Origin: an uncultured Gemmatimonadales bacterium | GTDB taxonomy: Bacteria > Gemmatimonadota > Gemmatimonadetes > Gemmatimonadales > GWC2-71-9 | Assembly (NCBI GenBank): GCA_963730185.1 | Contig: CAVSQW010000007.1 | Location: 672,001 to 736,000 of the forward strand | Reading direction: 5' to 3' | DNA: 64,000 nt | Shown: piece by piece, positions 42,690 to 54,214 of the stretch | Position numbering within the stretch: position 1 is the first letter of the stretch | Layout of the letters: each line of letters opens with the position of its first letter | Made by a program: the position numbers and the translations under genes | Notes under the pieces: generated by a model | Database searches by the model: none | What the model saw: the letters and a program-made list of their open reading frames with translations, nothing else | What the model was told of the DNA's origin: nothing

Positions 42690-42738
42690 AGCAATACGTA
42701 GTCTAAGTCAGTAGACGACATAAACTCTACGTATTGCT
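42690..42738. other. Nanopore adapter remnants at the chimeric junction
   Basis: AGCAATACGTA (42690-42700) and TACGTATTGCT (42728-42738) match the ONT ligation adapter end in both orientations; GC content switches abruptly here. Confidence 0.92.
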
Positions 42739-43000
42739 AAAGACCAGAGCCAATTGTGAATAGGGCAAATCCCAGATTATACAGCTTCACTCTTCCAAAC
42801 ATATCGGCCAATCGGCCGAATGTTAACAAAACAGAGGATGTGACTACCCAGTATCCTATGGTAATCCATACAAGCGTAATCAAAGAAGTATTCAGGTCAG
42901 CAGAAATAGAAGGGAGTGCAATAATCACTATATTTCTATCCAGAGATGCCATGAGTGTTCCCATGGTTGTATTGCTCAGTGCTACCCATTTGTAATTCAA
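42739..43000 (-). CDS. MFS (DHA2-like) transporter N-terminus, truncated at the junction
   Basis: LDRNIVIIALP, FGRLADMFGRVKLY. Confidence 0.85.
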
Positions 43001-43210
43001 AACAGATTCTTTTAATTTATTGTGTAAATAGACATATACAAACGCTTCATTATTTTGACTTAATAATTATGCTAGTTTAATCTATGGAATGGGATTGATT
43101 TTGATGAGATCTGTGATGAAATTATGATGATGTTATAACTTGGAAAAGTAAACTTGAATTAGTTAAAAAAATAAAAAAAGGTATTTGGTTTTGTCCAATG
43201 ATAAATTGGA

Positions 43211-44056
43211 TTAATCTTCTTGTGCTGCTGCGTTGTTTCCTTCGTTATCTTGGTTTTGAACGTTGACGTTGTTGCCAGAGCCTTCAGAGTCATCGCCTGA
43301 TACTACATGACTATCTTGGTCTGAAGATTGAGATTGACCAATTCCTTGATTAGAACTATTTCCATCATTGTTATCATCGTGATGGTTTCCTTTGTCATGG
43401 TGGTTTCCATCGTCACCATTGTCGTCATTATTATTTCCACTGCTTTGAGCTGCTGCATTGCTACCTGAGTTCTCTTGGTTTTGTACGTTTATGTTGTTTC
43501 CAGAGAATGCGGTATCATCACCAGATACTACACCACTGCTTTGACTTGAGGATTGAGATTGACCAATTCCTTGACTTGCACTGTTACCACCATTGTCGCC
43601 ATGGTCATCACCATTTCCACTCTGTTGGGCTATTGCATTGTTTCCTTCATTTTCTTGGTTTTGAACATTCACATTGTTACATGATAAGAATGTCCCTTCA
43701 CCAGATACACATAATGCATTTTGATCGGATGATTGAGATTGACCAATTCCTTGACTTGCACTGTTACCACCATTGTCGCCATGGTCATCGTTGCCGCTAC
43801 TTTGAGCTGCTGCGTTGTTTCCTTCGTTATCTTGGTTTTGAACATTTAAGTTGTTACATGAGAATAGAGTGCCATCACCAGATACACATATTCCGAGTTG
43901 TGTGGATGCTTGTGATTGACCTATGCCTTGACTTAATTCATTTCCTTGAGCAAATGCATTTGTTGCTATGGAGGACGGTGCCACCAACATAATAAATGCA
44001 AAAGCTACAACTGTTGAAATAGATAATATTCCATTCTTTGATGCTTTACTATTCAT
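43211..44056 (-). CDS. Secreted Q/N/S/G-rich protein with four 43-aa repeats (amyloid/beta-solenoid candidate)
   Basis: Signal peptide ending AFA-Q; repeats QGIGQSQ...VSG...NNxNVQNQxNxGxNAxAQ. Confidence 0.85.
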   Translation of the reverse strand: MNSKASKNGILSISTVVAFAFIMLVAPSSIATNAFAQGNELSQGIGQSQASTQLGICVSGDGTLFSCNNLNVQNQDNEGNNAAAQSSGNDDHGDNGGNSASQGIGQSQSSDQNALCVSGEGTFLSCNNVNVQNQENEGNNAIAQQSGNGDDHGDNGGNSASQGIGQSQSSSQSSGVVSGDDTAFSGNNINVQNQENSGSNAAAQSSGNNNDDNGDDGNHHDKGNHHDDNNDGNSSNQGIGQSQSSDQDSHVVSGDDSEGSGNNVNVQNQDNEGNNAAAQED

Positions 44057-44078
44057 TTAATAAGTATAAGTAAAAAAG

Positions 44079-44129
44079 TATATAAAGACATTTCTAGAAA
44101 ATTTTTATGTAAGACAATTCTAGAAAATT
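44079..44129 (-). promoter_or_regulatory. Archaeal TATA box plus tandem palindromic operator-like repeats
   Basis: TTTATATA lies 23-30 nt upstream of the ATG; AAGACA(T/A)TTCTAGAAAATT occurs at 44085 and 44111. Confidence 0.55.
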
Positions 44130-44525
44130 ATACAATGTTTCAGAACAAAACCATAAATTTTGAAATAGTATATAAAATAGAATCGATAAAGGCTTTGAAG
44201 ATTTTATAAATAAACAACCGTTCAGGACAAGAACCTTACGAAATTTACAATATATGTGAGAATTCCTCATGTTTGATCTGAATAAACAATAATTTCAAAT
44301 TTACCCCACTTTCTATATCTTCCTATAACCGTCATTTACCGTCATTTGAATACACGAATAATTAATAGGCAAATATATTTAGCAGATCATGATCAAATAT
44401 ATCACAACCCTTAAAAACACATTCAAATCTTGAACATCGACTTTGATTATAAAACATCCTTAGAACTGTTTTAATATACAGTGCTTCATCAAACCCTTTA
44501 GTTTTAAAATTGTAATAGCATCCAT

Positions 44526-45275
44526 CTATTTAGAAATCTTGATTATAATCAATTTGTTGACTCCTTTTCGAAAGTGATACTTGACATTTTTTATGGTATG
44601 GGTAACCTTTGAATCGGTTAAGCGAGTCAAATCGCTCATTAGTTGTTCGAAATAGTTAGGTAAATTTCCATTTGGTGTTTGGACTGGGAAAATTCTGACA
44701 TCTTGTTTTGAGACTCTAATGAATTCTAGAATGGATTCTAAGTGAAATTCATAGTTAAACACATCGTGATAGTAGAATAGTAAGTTACCACTCAGAACCA
44801 TATCGAATTCTCGATCTTTAAATGGTAGTTTAGGTAATTTTCCGTAAACGTAGCGGTGTTCTTTAATCCCCAAAGCATAATCCAACAGGAACTTTTGTAA
44901 TGGTATATATCTAGCTTTTAAAAGCCCCCTTACATCTTGATAATGTTCGCATTTGTATAAATCCATCACTTCTGAAAGTTTTTTTCCCATATGCTCCAGA
45001 TCGTTACTTGCAATGCTTTTCAGTTTATTGGGATCAACTAACTTATACATTACATCACAGCCAGTCACAAATTTCATCCCGTACTCGCTGACAGACTCTG
45101 AAACAAAAGAAGAAGCGCCAGATGGACAATCCAATGTGTTGAAATTTTTGATTTTTGACAGTTCGAGGTCAAACATATCCACATATTCTGAGAATGACCT
45201 TCCGATGAATACTACTCGGTCCAGATTTAAGGAATTTATATCGTTTATCTCTTCTGATCCGGCATTGTCTTTCAT
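44526..45275 (-). CDS. SAM-dependent methyltransferase-like protein
   Basis: GRSFSEYVDMF, LDCPSGASSF, LPF...FD.VLS. Confidence 0.8.
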   Translation of the reverse strand: MKDNAGSEEINDINSLNLDRVVFIGRSFSEYVDMFDLELSKIKNFNTLDCPSGASSFVSESVSEYGMKFVTGCDVMYKLVDPNKLKSIASNDLEHMGKKLSEVMDLYKCEHYQDVRGLLKARYIPLQKFLLDYALGIKEHRYVYGKLPKLPFKDREFDMVLSGNLLFYYHDVFNYEFHLESILEFIRVSKQDVRIFPVQTPNGNLPNYFEQLMSDLTRLTDSKVTHTIKNVKYHFRKGVNKLIIIKISK

Positions 45276-45690
45276 CTTAGAATTATAAGACCCACAAGAG
45301 AAAAGGTTTTCAACTTGAGCAATACTGCATTGCTATTGAGTTTTTGCTGTTATGTTGAAGAGAATTTCAGGATTGTTCGAATTAAATAGACTTTACAAGA
45401 TAAACAAGGGTTTTTGTTATTTCAGTTTTCTCCTCATTAATTTTTTAAATACTATTATGACTAGACTGCTAGATCCACTGATCACATAATATTAACAAGC
45501 GAAACTAATTCCTGTCTCAGAGTACATCCCCAAAATCCAATACGAGAACGCAATTTTGTGGAACCTTAGCATTGTTTTGCTGAGAAGATTATTAAGAGTT
45601 CTGGCATGGTGTCACTATGTAAGCCTTTACTATCATTGCCTTTGTAGTGAATTAATAATTTATATCAACTATTTCTTGCTTGAGCAAAAG

Positions 45691-46242
45691 CTAATCTTTA
45701 AATTTAAACCTAATTGTGGTATTACTAATAGTCACATTGACAGTTTTGTTAAAAATTTCATTAAACATAAGTTCTATTACAATTTTGTGATATAGAGACC
45801 AGTTTTCACCCAACTCGTGTTTTAAAACATAAACGTGGTAACCATCCTGAATCGTATGATTAGTTTCGGTATGAGAGTTAGACATCCTTGTTTCGAACCA
45901 CGAAAGGAAGGATTCTAGATCCATACGGTTCTTCATAAATAATGCTATATCATGTACTACATCCTTCCCTATCTCAGTAGCCATGTTGGATATATCCTCT
46001 TTAGTCATCTTGCTAAATAACTGGATTACTATAGGCTTTGCAATCGGGATCATTCCAACTTTTGGTTCAAACATATCCCATTCTACGTAGCGCTTGAGAA
46101 GCTGATTAACTAGGCTGTTTAAAGTAATTTGATTATGTTCGGATTCTAATCTTAATATTCTTAATACATTCTCATCTAATCGAAATGTCATAGTGGCAGT
46201 TTTTTTGGATTCACCATAACTTGAGTTCCCAGAATCATGCAT
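45691..46242 (-). CDS. Ribbon-helix-helix-type regulator-like protein
   Basis: N-terminal TMTFRLDENVL...LNSLVNQLL pattern. Confidence 0.65.
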   Translation of the reverse strand: MHDSGNSSYGESKKTATMTFRLDENVLRILRLESEHNQITLNSLVNQLLKRYVEWDMFEPKVGMIPIAKPIVIQLFSKMTKEDISNMATEIGKDVVHDIALFMKNRMDLESFLSWFETRMSNSHTETNHTIQDGYHVYVLKHELGENWSLYHKIVIELMFNEIFNKTVNVTISNTTIRFKFKD

Positions 46243-46710
46243 TCAGGAATACTAGTAATTTATATAATAATATCTTTTGTTTGTTACCTCTTTAGACTAG
46301 TTAATTCCTTTTTCTAGTCCTCAATGGATAATTGCAACAGGGACATCTTATTCCACTAAACTTTATGTATAAACTGCAACCTGTGCATCTTTTATATCCT
46401 AAGGCGTAAACAGATTCTTTTCCTCCACCCACTCTGTCATACCTTAAGCATAAGCCTTTGCATACCAACATCTCATAAATTATATTTGAAAGAATTAAAT
46501 CTTAAGTCTCTGTTGCAATCAAATGCAATCGCGTCTCGTAGACTGAGATATTCGTTAAATAAACTATTTAATCATATTGGTTGTGTAATTCAGGTACTCT
46601 TCAAAGTCTGATCTAGTTAATGAAATGAAATAAACCAGGTTATATTTTAAATTCGGAATTTTATTATTTAAAAGTTCGACTTTTAAATATCTTGTTGTTT
46701 AAAATAGGGT

Positions 46711-46914
46711 GTGAAATATCATATTTTATTTTTAATAGGGATTACATTGTTAACATTTAGTCATCTAAATTTAATTTCGGCACAACTAAATGAAAGTGTA
46801 GATAAATCTTCTTCGACAGAGCCATTGTCAAACTTCGTCAACGCTTCTAATTCCAATAACTCCAATATGTCAAATATTACTACACCAACGGGTAACGCCA
46901 ATACCTATCGATGA
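46711..46914 (+). CDS. Small secreted hypothetical protein
   Basis: Hydrophobic signal followed by an S/N/T-rich tail. Confidence 0.4.
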   Translation: MKYHILFLIGITLLTFSHLNLISAQLNESVDKSSSTEPLSNFVNASNSNNSNMSNITTPTGNANTYR

Positions 46915-47184
46915 GCCCATTTTTTGAATTTTTCGCTGAGAATAGATATTCTCGTGAAAATGAGCTTATATTTCTAATCTGTAGAATTTAATTTTTTAAT
47001 TATAATGGCGATTTAGTTTTTTTATAATAATAGAGCGGGGTACTGAGAATTTAATGCGATAAGTTTTGATAAATTACACAATAAATGAGAATAAACTTAG
47101 TAAATTTTATAATAAATAAATGATATATTGCCTTCATATATTAATTATTTCATAGTTTAAATATTTTTGACATCAAATAATATT

Positions 47185-47779
47185 ATGTCTTCAAACCCTA
47201 GTTTTAACGAGAGCCCCAATCACTTTATGGTGCTCGATGCTGTCGCTCGAGGAATGAAAAAATTAGACAGTGTTGCAAAAGTTACGAAATTATCAAAAGA
47301 TCAAGTAGAACTTATAATTAACGACTTGAAAAATCAAAAGCTTTTAAATGTTGTGATCAAGAAAGGCTTTTTTGGAAATAAAAAAATGGAATTTTTTATT
47401 ACCGAAACTGGTTCAAAACTACTCAACTCAAAGAAAGAAGAACTATCATACAAATCACAAAAGCTTCAACAGACTTTATGAAACTGGAAATAAAACCCAA
47501 ATGCAAAGTTACATGGACGATAATAGAATGTGGATGCCCATGATGTTATTTTCTGGAATAATGAGTATGGTAATGTTTGGATCAATGATGTCGTTCATGG
47601 GGATGGCCATGAATCCAGCTGAAAGTTCCCAAACTGATGGACAGGTAGATGATTCTAGCAGTGGTGCGACTGATTCGGGTAGTGGTGCAGATTCAGGGTC
47701 CTCCGATATGGGAGATACAGGTGGTGCTAGCGACTTTGACGCAAGTGGTTTTGACACTGGAGGGTTTGATTCTTTTTAG
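47185..47779 (+). CDS. Winged-helix protein with Met-rich and D/G/S/F tail (frameshift near 47470)
   Basis: wHTH-like N-terminus; the overlapping ORF continues into a Met-rich segment. Confidence 0.65.
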
Positions 47780-47940
47780 GGTATATCAAACTAGATAGTC
47801 AGTTTAACAACATTATTTTTTGCATAACCCCTCAACCCTTTCTTTTTTAGAATTAAAAAAATTAGAATCTAAGATCTTGTATGTTGGACGGTCAGGATTA
47901 TAGCATGTATTCGATTTGCTAGATTCTATTTACACTATTA

Positions 47941-48339
47941 TCAATCTCGGATAATAGTGTTATTAGTTGAAGTAACTACAATCGGACCTTTTAAATGATT
48001 CCATGCCGGATCATAGTAATCATAATTACCAGGATTTTGCAAAGTTACATTGTAAGACTCGCCGGGACCAAAATAATCACCATAAAATATGTTAGACGGA
48101 CCCTGATCAGGTGATCCGGAAACAATAGAATGCAATGTAGAATCCTTATTTAACCAAGTAACGGTATCTCCAGAATTTATGGTAACGTTTTCAGGAGAAA
48201 AAGGATTCTGGCTCCTACCATCTGTAGCACCAGGGTTTATTATAATTATCGAATCATTCCCCTGAGAAAATACTTGAGATCCACTAATACACAATATAGG
48301 AAGTAAGAACAAGCAAGTGAAAACAATCTTTATTCTCAT
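47941..48339 (-). CDS. Secreted cupredoxin-fold protein with degenerate type-1 Cu site
   Basis: FSP..VTI..GDTVTW.N.D..HSIVSG; YYDPAWNHL in place of YYCxxHxxM. Confidence 0.8.
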   Translation of the reverse strand: MRIKIVFTCLFLLPILCISGSQVFSQGNDSIIIINPGATDGRSQNPFSPENVTINSGDTVTWLNKDSTLHSIVSGSPDQGPSNIFYGDYFGPGESYNVTLQNPGNYDYYDPAWNHLKGPIVVTSTNNTIIRD

Positions 48340-48647
48340 AATTACAATCTGGTAAAATATTATCTAGTATATAATTATGATCGTTTATTAGGAATTTGCT
48401 CAAGCCTATTGATTAAAGATATCACTATGTTCCAATCTCTCTTCAGATATTAATTTTCTAATGCGAATCTATTTTTCAATTGAAGTGTACCTTAAAAAAA
48501 CTATCAAATTAATTGTTCATTGTTCATCACTACGTTTTCCTGACCCGAAGTTTCTTTCAAGGTCACAAAAATGAAAAAAAAGAGGTCCACATATTTCGTT
48601 CGAGATATACGTGTGCGCGCATATTTCAACTATCAATCATCTTTGTA

Positions 48648-50367
48648 TTAATTTACAATGATTTGTCCAACCATTGATGGATGATAAAAACAATAGTAAG
48701 GATAGGTTCCAGAATCATCAAAGGTAATACTATAGTATTGATTTGGTATTATCGCTTTAGAATCAAAGGATTGCCTTGAATCATCCTCATTATCGTGTCC
48801 AGAGGTAACCGTATGAGATATAGTATCACCGTTGTACCAAGTTATTGTTTGTCCTCTTTGAATTGTAATTGGGTTAGGAGTGTATGACTTGTCTCCTTTC
48901 AAACCGGCTATAACCACAGGTTTAGTATTTTCAGATGAGGATGGAATCTGCTGATTAGTGTCATCATGATTTAATGATTCATCTTGAGGATTACTTTCTT
49001 TGCCTACGTTTGAAGTTACACCGTTTGTTGCAGGCACGATCCTAAATAATGATCCAGTATAGCTCAAGATGTACAAATATCCATCCGGACCTACTTCGAT
49101 ATCGGTAATGCCGCCAAAACCCTGGCCAAATACTAGGGGTTGATTTTCTTTGGGATCGTTTATCTCCTTGTCTGACAACGGATTTACATTTGCAGAATTT
49201 TCACTAGTTACTTTTAGGTCATCTCGTGCGTCATTTAATACAAATCGGTACAACAATCCATTATTTATGTCTCCTACAAACATATCATTTTGATACTGTT
49301 TACCCAACTTATCCGAATTCATGAATTTTAGGGCAGTAATTCCTATTGGGGTAACCCAATCTTAGTTTCGGCTCAGAATAGGAACCTTTACCAAACATTA
49401 CGAGATCATCTGGACTTGCTCCTGTTCCAAGGAGATCTTTTTGGGATGGACCCTGAATCAAGGCCCAACCGCTATTAAATCCAGGATATACTAAATTAAT
49501 TTCATCGCCTGTAAAAGGGCCATTTTCTGTATCCCATAAATTGCCTGTTAATGGATCAAAATCCATTCCAAAACTGTTGCGTATCCCCATTGCAAAATAC
49601 AAACTAAGCGGAAGTGAATCACCAAATATTGAGTCAGTACTCACAACCTTTCCTTCTTGAGTTATTCTCAATACTCCACCCAATCCATTAGGTTCAGGGC
49701 CGTTAGCAGTGTTCTGTGCCTGAGTTCTATGGCCACCCACTTCACCGATAATGTAGTAAACATTATTATCTGGGCCAATTCGAATTTTGCCACCATTGTG
49801 TTCACCCCTACCGTTATCCGGGATTGCAGGAAGATCCAACAAAAGGACTGGATTTTTCAGGTGTCCATCGGAATATTCGTATCGATATAAGCGATTACCA
49901 GAAGGATTTATATTCTCACTCACATCGCTTCCATCCTTACTGTTTCCTGATTCCGTATAAGACAAAAATACGAAAATTTGTCCATCTGTTTGCTTTGAAA
50001 TTGCTATCCCCAATAATCCTCTTTCTATACTACTTGCAACGCTTACATCCAAGGGAGGGTCATCTTGTAACTGACCATCCAATACCCTCATGACCTTCCC
50101 AGTTTCTTTTTCGGTAACTAAAATATCATTGGGTCCTAAAAATGCCATGCTAGTTGGGATTCTTAGGCCGTCAACCACTTTCTCAACCATCAAATTATCA
50201 TCTTCAACAGTAGGACCATTGGGGGCCTGTGGTGCTTTTACATATGCGCTAAAAGAAATATTCAACATACCAATTGGTGAAGACATTACCATCATGGAAA
50301 TTAAGAAAGTTGAGAACAATATTAAATGGAAATTTGAATACTCTAAGTGAAACTTTATCATACACAA
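48648..50367 (-). CDS. PQQ-dependent soluble sugar dehydrogenase fused to a cupredoxin (frameshift near 49360)
   Basis: ERGLLG, HNGG, GIRNSFG, DTENG, DEIN, GPDGYLY; C-terminal HTVTSG...YYCFYHPSM. Confidence 0.85.
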
Positions 50368-51517
50368 CTCAACATCAGTATCTTATTAGTAACACCGAAA
50401 TACCCTATTAGCAGGTCTGCTAGGACCACCTTACACATGAAAACATCATTTCTATTTTCATAAGTATTATCGAACAATTCTGCTTGCTTTGAAATCATTA
50501 TTCATAGTTTCAAACTCGATCAAATTATTATAAGGTATAGTTGTTTGCACACTTATTTTATATGAAATATCTAACAACTCCTGATTGCAACATTAAAACT
50601 GAGCAAATTACAATAGTAAAATCCATTATGCCTTCTGCATCTAGTCATTTTCTCTTATTTACTTTATTTATGCGACTTAAAAGAGGTATGATACAACTAA
50701 CTAACTATGATTAAATTACATATAGATCCGATAGATTTCATTTAGATATTTGTACTATACCCCTTCATAATTAAAAAACCATTAACGCCTGCTAGATTCA
50801 CTAATTACCACAAGTATTCTGATAAACCATTATTACATACAATTTAGGTTCAAATGGCTCCCCTATCCAAAACCATGCCACAAATCCGCTGTAATCTGAG
50901 TCAATCATAATGGCCTTTGAAAGATATATCATTACCCAAATGTTATCTAAAAATGGTTATTAATCTATGAATAAAAAGCATATCGACAGAAAATTTAATA
51001 GCAATAGCATTAAAGACAGCAGATGACACGCAAACCATATATGTCACCTATTTTTGATTTGGACGGAACGGTCTCTCAATTTAAATCATCATTGAAACAG
51101 CCAGTATTTGCACTCTGTAAGATATTTGTATCAAAAACTTCTGACCCTTTGCTATAATTTTAAATTCATTATAATCGATTTTATCTAAATGATCAATTAT
51201 TGTCGACTTTTTTATGAATTTCAAACTTTAGAAGGCAACTCAAATGAAACTGAGAGTCTTTTCACAACTTTGGTCAGTAGATTCTGCTGCACACGTGCTG
51301 GAAATACAAACCGAAACTAACATTTTTCAAAATTATTTAAATTGTTTATGTGTGACCAATTAAGTTAGATATTCAAGATTTCTGCAGCACTACTGAGCCT
51401 TTAGAAATTGGAATGTAATTTTTGATGGTGTATTAATTGGTAAAACATATCTATTTCAAGAGAGCGTATAAATCTCAATAAGATTAAACATTCAAATCAA
51501 AAATTAGACAAGGTTTA

Positions 51518-53832
51518 TCATTTAGTATCTCCCTTTTTAGATATATCGTTTTTGGGACTGTTGAGTGAATCAACTAATGGCAATCTAAACGAGAATGTTG
51601 CACCCCCCTCGTTTTGAGGATTGTTTTGGCCCCATAATACTCCATTATGCCTGAATATTATTTTCTGAGAAGTATATAGCCCTAATCCCGACCCATAGAA
51701 CCATTTTGAAGTAAACTTTGTAAACAGTCTAGGTAAAATCTCGGGATGTATTCCCTCTCCATTGTCTCTAATATGTACAGTTACCTCATCTCCACTATGC
51801 TCGAGAGTTATTGAGATTAAACCTTTCTGAGCATCACGCATGAAATTGATAGCATTATCAATAATGTTGGTTATAACCATTGAAATCTGGAATTTGTTAG
51901 CTTTGACGACAAATTCGGATTCTAACCCCTTACAATCAAAACGAATTTCTTTTCTTGTTGATAAAGGTAATTTAGTCAGATCCTGAAACCTTATTTTGTA
52001 GTTATCAACTATTTCAATAATAAGCATAGTCAAATCAAAGACATCTTTTGAAGTATCTGACAAGTAACCCTCTAATTTAGTGGCGGTAAGAACATTTTCT
52101 ATAAAACTGTGTAATCTGGCCCCGTTTTCAGCTATTGTAGATAGTAGTTCCTTACTCTCTTTTTCTTTAGTATGTTCTTTTACTATATCGGTTAGACCAA
52201 GGATGGATTGAAGAGGTGTTCGCAGTTCATGAGCGATAATATCTATGAATTCTCTCTGCATATTGTCATAGGTCTGAAGTCTTTGTAAGGATTTTTCTAA
52301 AATCTTAGACGTTTGTACATATTTCCACAAGGAGTCAAACATTACTGCATATGATTCTGATATTTGAGAACTATCGGAGTAGGAAGATATGCCTATATAG
52401 TCAAGTAAATCATCCGACTGAGTTTCTCTTTGTTCTACCACTACAGATTTACATCTGTCGACTACAACCATGCCCATCTGCAACCCATTGCTTTTGCCAT
52501 ATAATGATCTGATTATCATATTTTCAATGCTTTCTATAGTGAATTCGTACATCTTGTCATTATCACCCATAGCTTGAACATTCATGTCTTTGAACGACAA
52601 ACGAAATTTGCCCTTCCCAAATGTGTACATCGCTTTTTTCGGACGGTAATTCTATTTTTCCTGCCACAAGGATTTTGATTATAGGTTTTTTTTCTTGTGT
52701 CGTATTCATCATGTGATCGAACATTCCGGCATTAACATGTCTTTGAAACACTTCAAAGGATGGAAGGATCTCTAAAATTTCATCATTAGCTGGATGCAAT
52801 CAATTCTTTAATTATAAGAATTGTTTTTTCAGGACTATCAATTATCTTTATGACAATTACCTTCTTGTCATTTTTGAATTGCGAATATCTTCGGCGAATT
52901 GGCGTTCATTCCGCCACCATCTGCACATAAAGTTAAAGCGCTGAATGTATAAGGCATCGTCACTGTAAAGCACACTCTCGGCCATATCTTCATGACTCAT
53001 TCGCTCTATAGTGGCCATCATATTAAAATTAGTAACTGCAAAGTATAGAGGAGGTTCCTTTTTTAAGTGCCGTACTTCTAAGTTCAATTTGGTATACTTT
53101 CTCACCAAATCTAAGTTGTATTTAGATACTTCAACTAATACCTTTATTCCCTTGTGATCATCTAAATTTATCTTATTTTGTATTTGTTTTACCAACTTTA
53201 GAAAAAAGTCATGACCGATCTCGAGGCCTTCTGTTGAGGCAACCAGGTCAATCTCATTTGCATTGAAGATAAGTTTTCCCAACTCGACCTCATCTAATGA
53301 TCCTTCCGATCTACTCAAAATCTCAGTCCTGTAATTGATAGATTTAGGCTTCTTCAATCTCTTTGATTTTTTTAATTGCAGGAACAGCATTTTTACACAT
53401 CGTATCAAATATGTATTGTCCTTGAGACACCATCTCTTCTGCGTTGCTGTAAATCACATCGGTTAACGGCTCTCCCTCCTTTAGAATTGTAGTGGCCATG
53501 TACTCTAATTCGTTAATCGCAATCCCTCCTTTCATTCCATCCATGTGACGTAATTCAGTCACCAACTGAAGTAGTTCCTTGCATTCACCAATGTTCTCAT
53601 GTGTGACTTCAGTAATAAACCTGATTGTAGCCCCCCTTCGTAAAATGTCAAGGTAGCCTTCGCGATATTGAGGGATCCCGACAACTATTGAAGGAGCTTT
53701 GTTATCGAAGGTAATATGCATCCTTGATTTGGTATTTTGCATAAATTCCACGCCCTTTTCTACCGCATTTTTGGAACCATACAATATCTCTGATTTCTTT
53801 TTTGTGTCTGGCTATCTCTTAATTTTACTCAA
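51518..53832 (-). CDS. Archaeal-type sensor histidine kinase broken into four ORFs by frameshifts; start approximate
   Basis: AHELRTP, NIIDNA, DNGEG, GSGLGLY; N-terminal repeats of RFITEV...ELRH type. Confidence 0.75.
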
Positions 53833-54214
53833 GATATCTATACTCAGCAATACATAATAAGGTTCTAGTCCTTGTGATTCTCGACAGTAATCACGATTGT
53901 TTGGTAAATACCCAAGATAAGCGTGGGGAATGGAATTCAACTCCATTAGGGTATTGAGTGATTATGTCATTTTAAGAAGGTCCATTCTACGTGTAGTGGT
54001 ATTTGAACTCCGCAGTTATAATCGAAGAGGCAAGACATCAATAAATTTCTAAATCATTTTAAAAAAAAATAGTTAATTCTAAAAGATCAGAGGAATACCG
54101 AGCAGCGCCATATATTCGAGGATCAAGTTAATTGTAGTTTCTCACCTTGTGAGGTATGTGAAATATACCGCAGACCGTGTGTAGAATTGACACCAGGAAT
54201 CTAATGCAATGTTA

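Noticed and set aside
42600..43000. Inter-domain horizontal transfer or a genomic island boundary
   Set aside because: Adapter remnants and genes truncated on both sides indicate a chimeric read.
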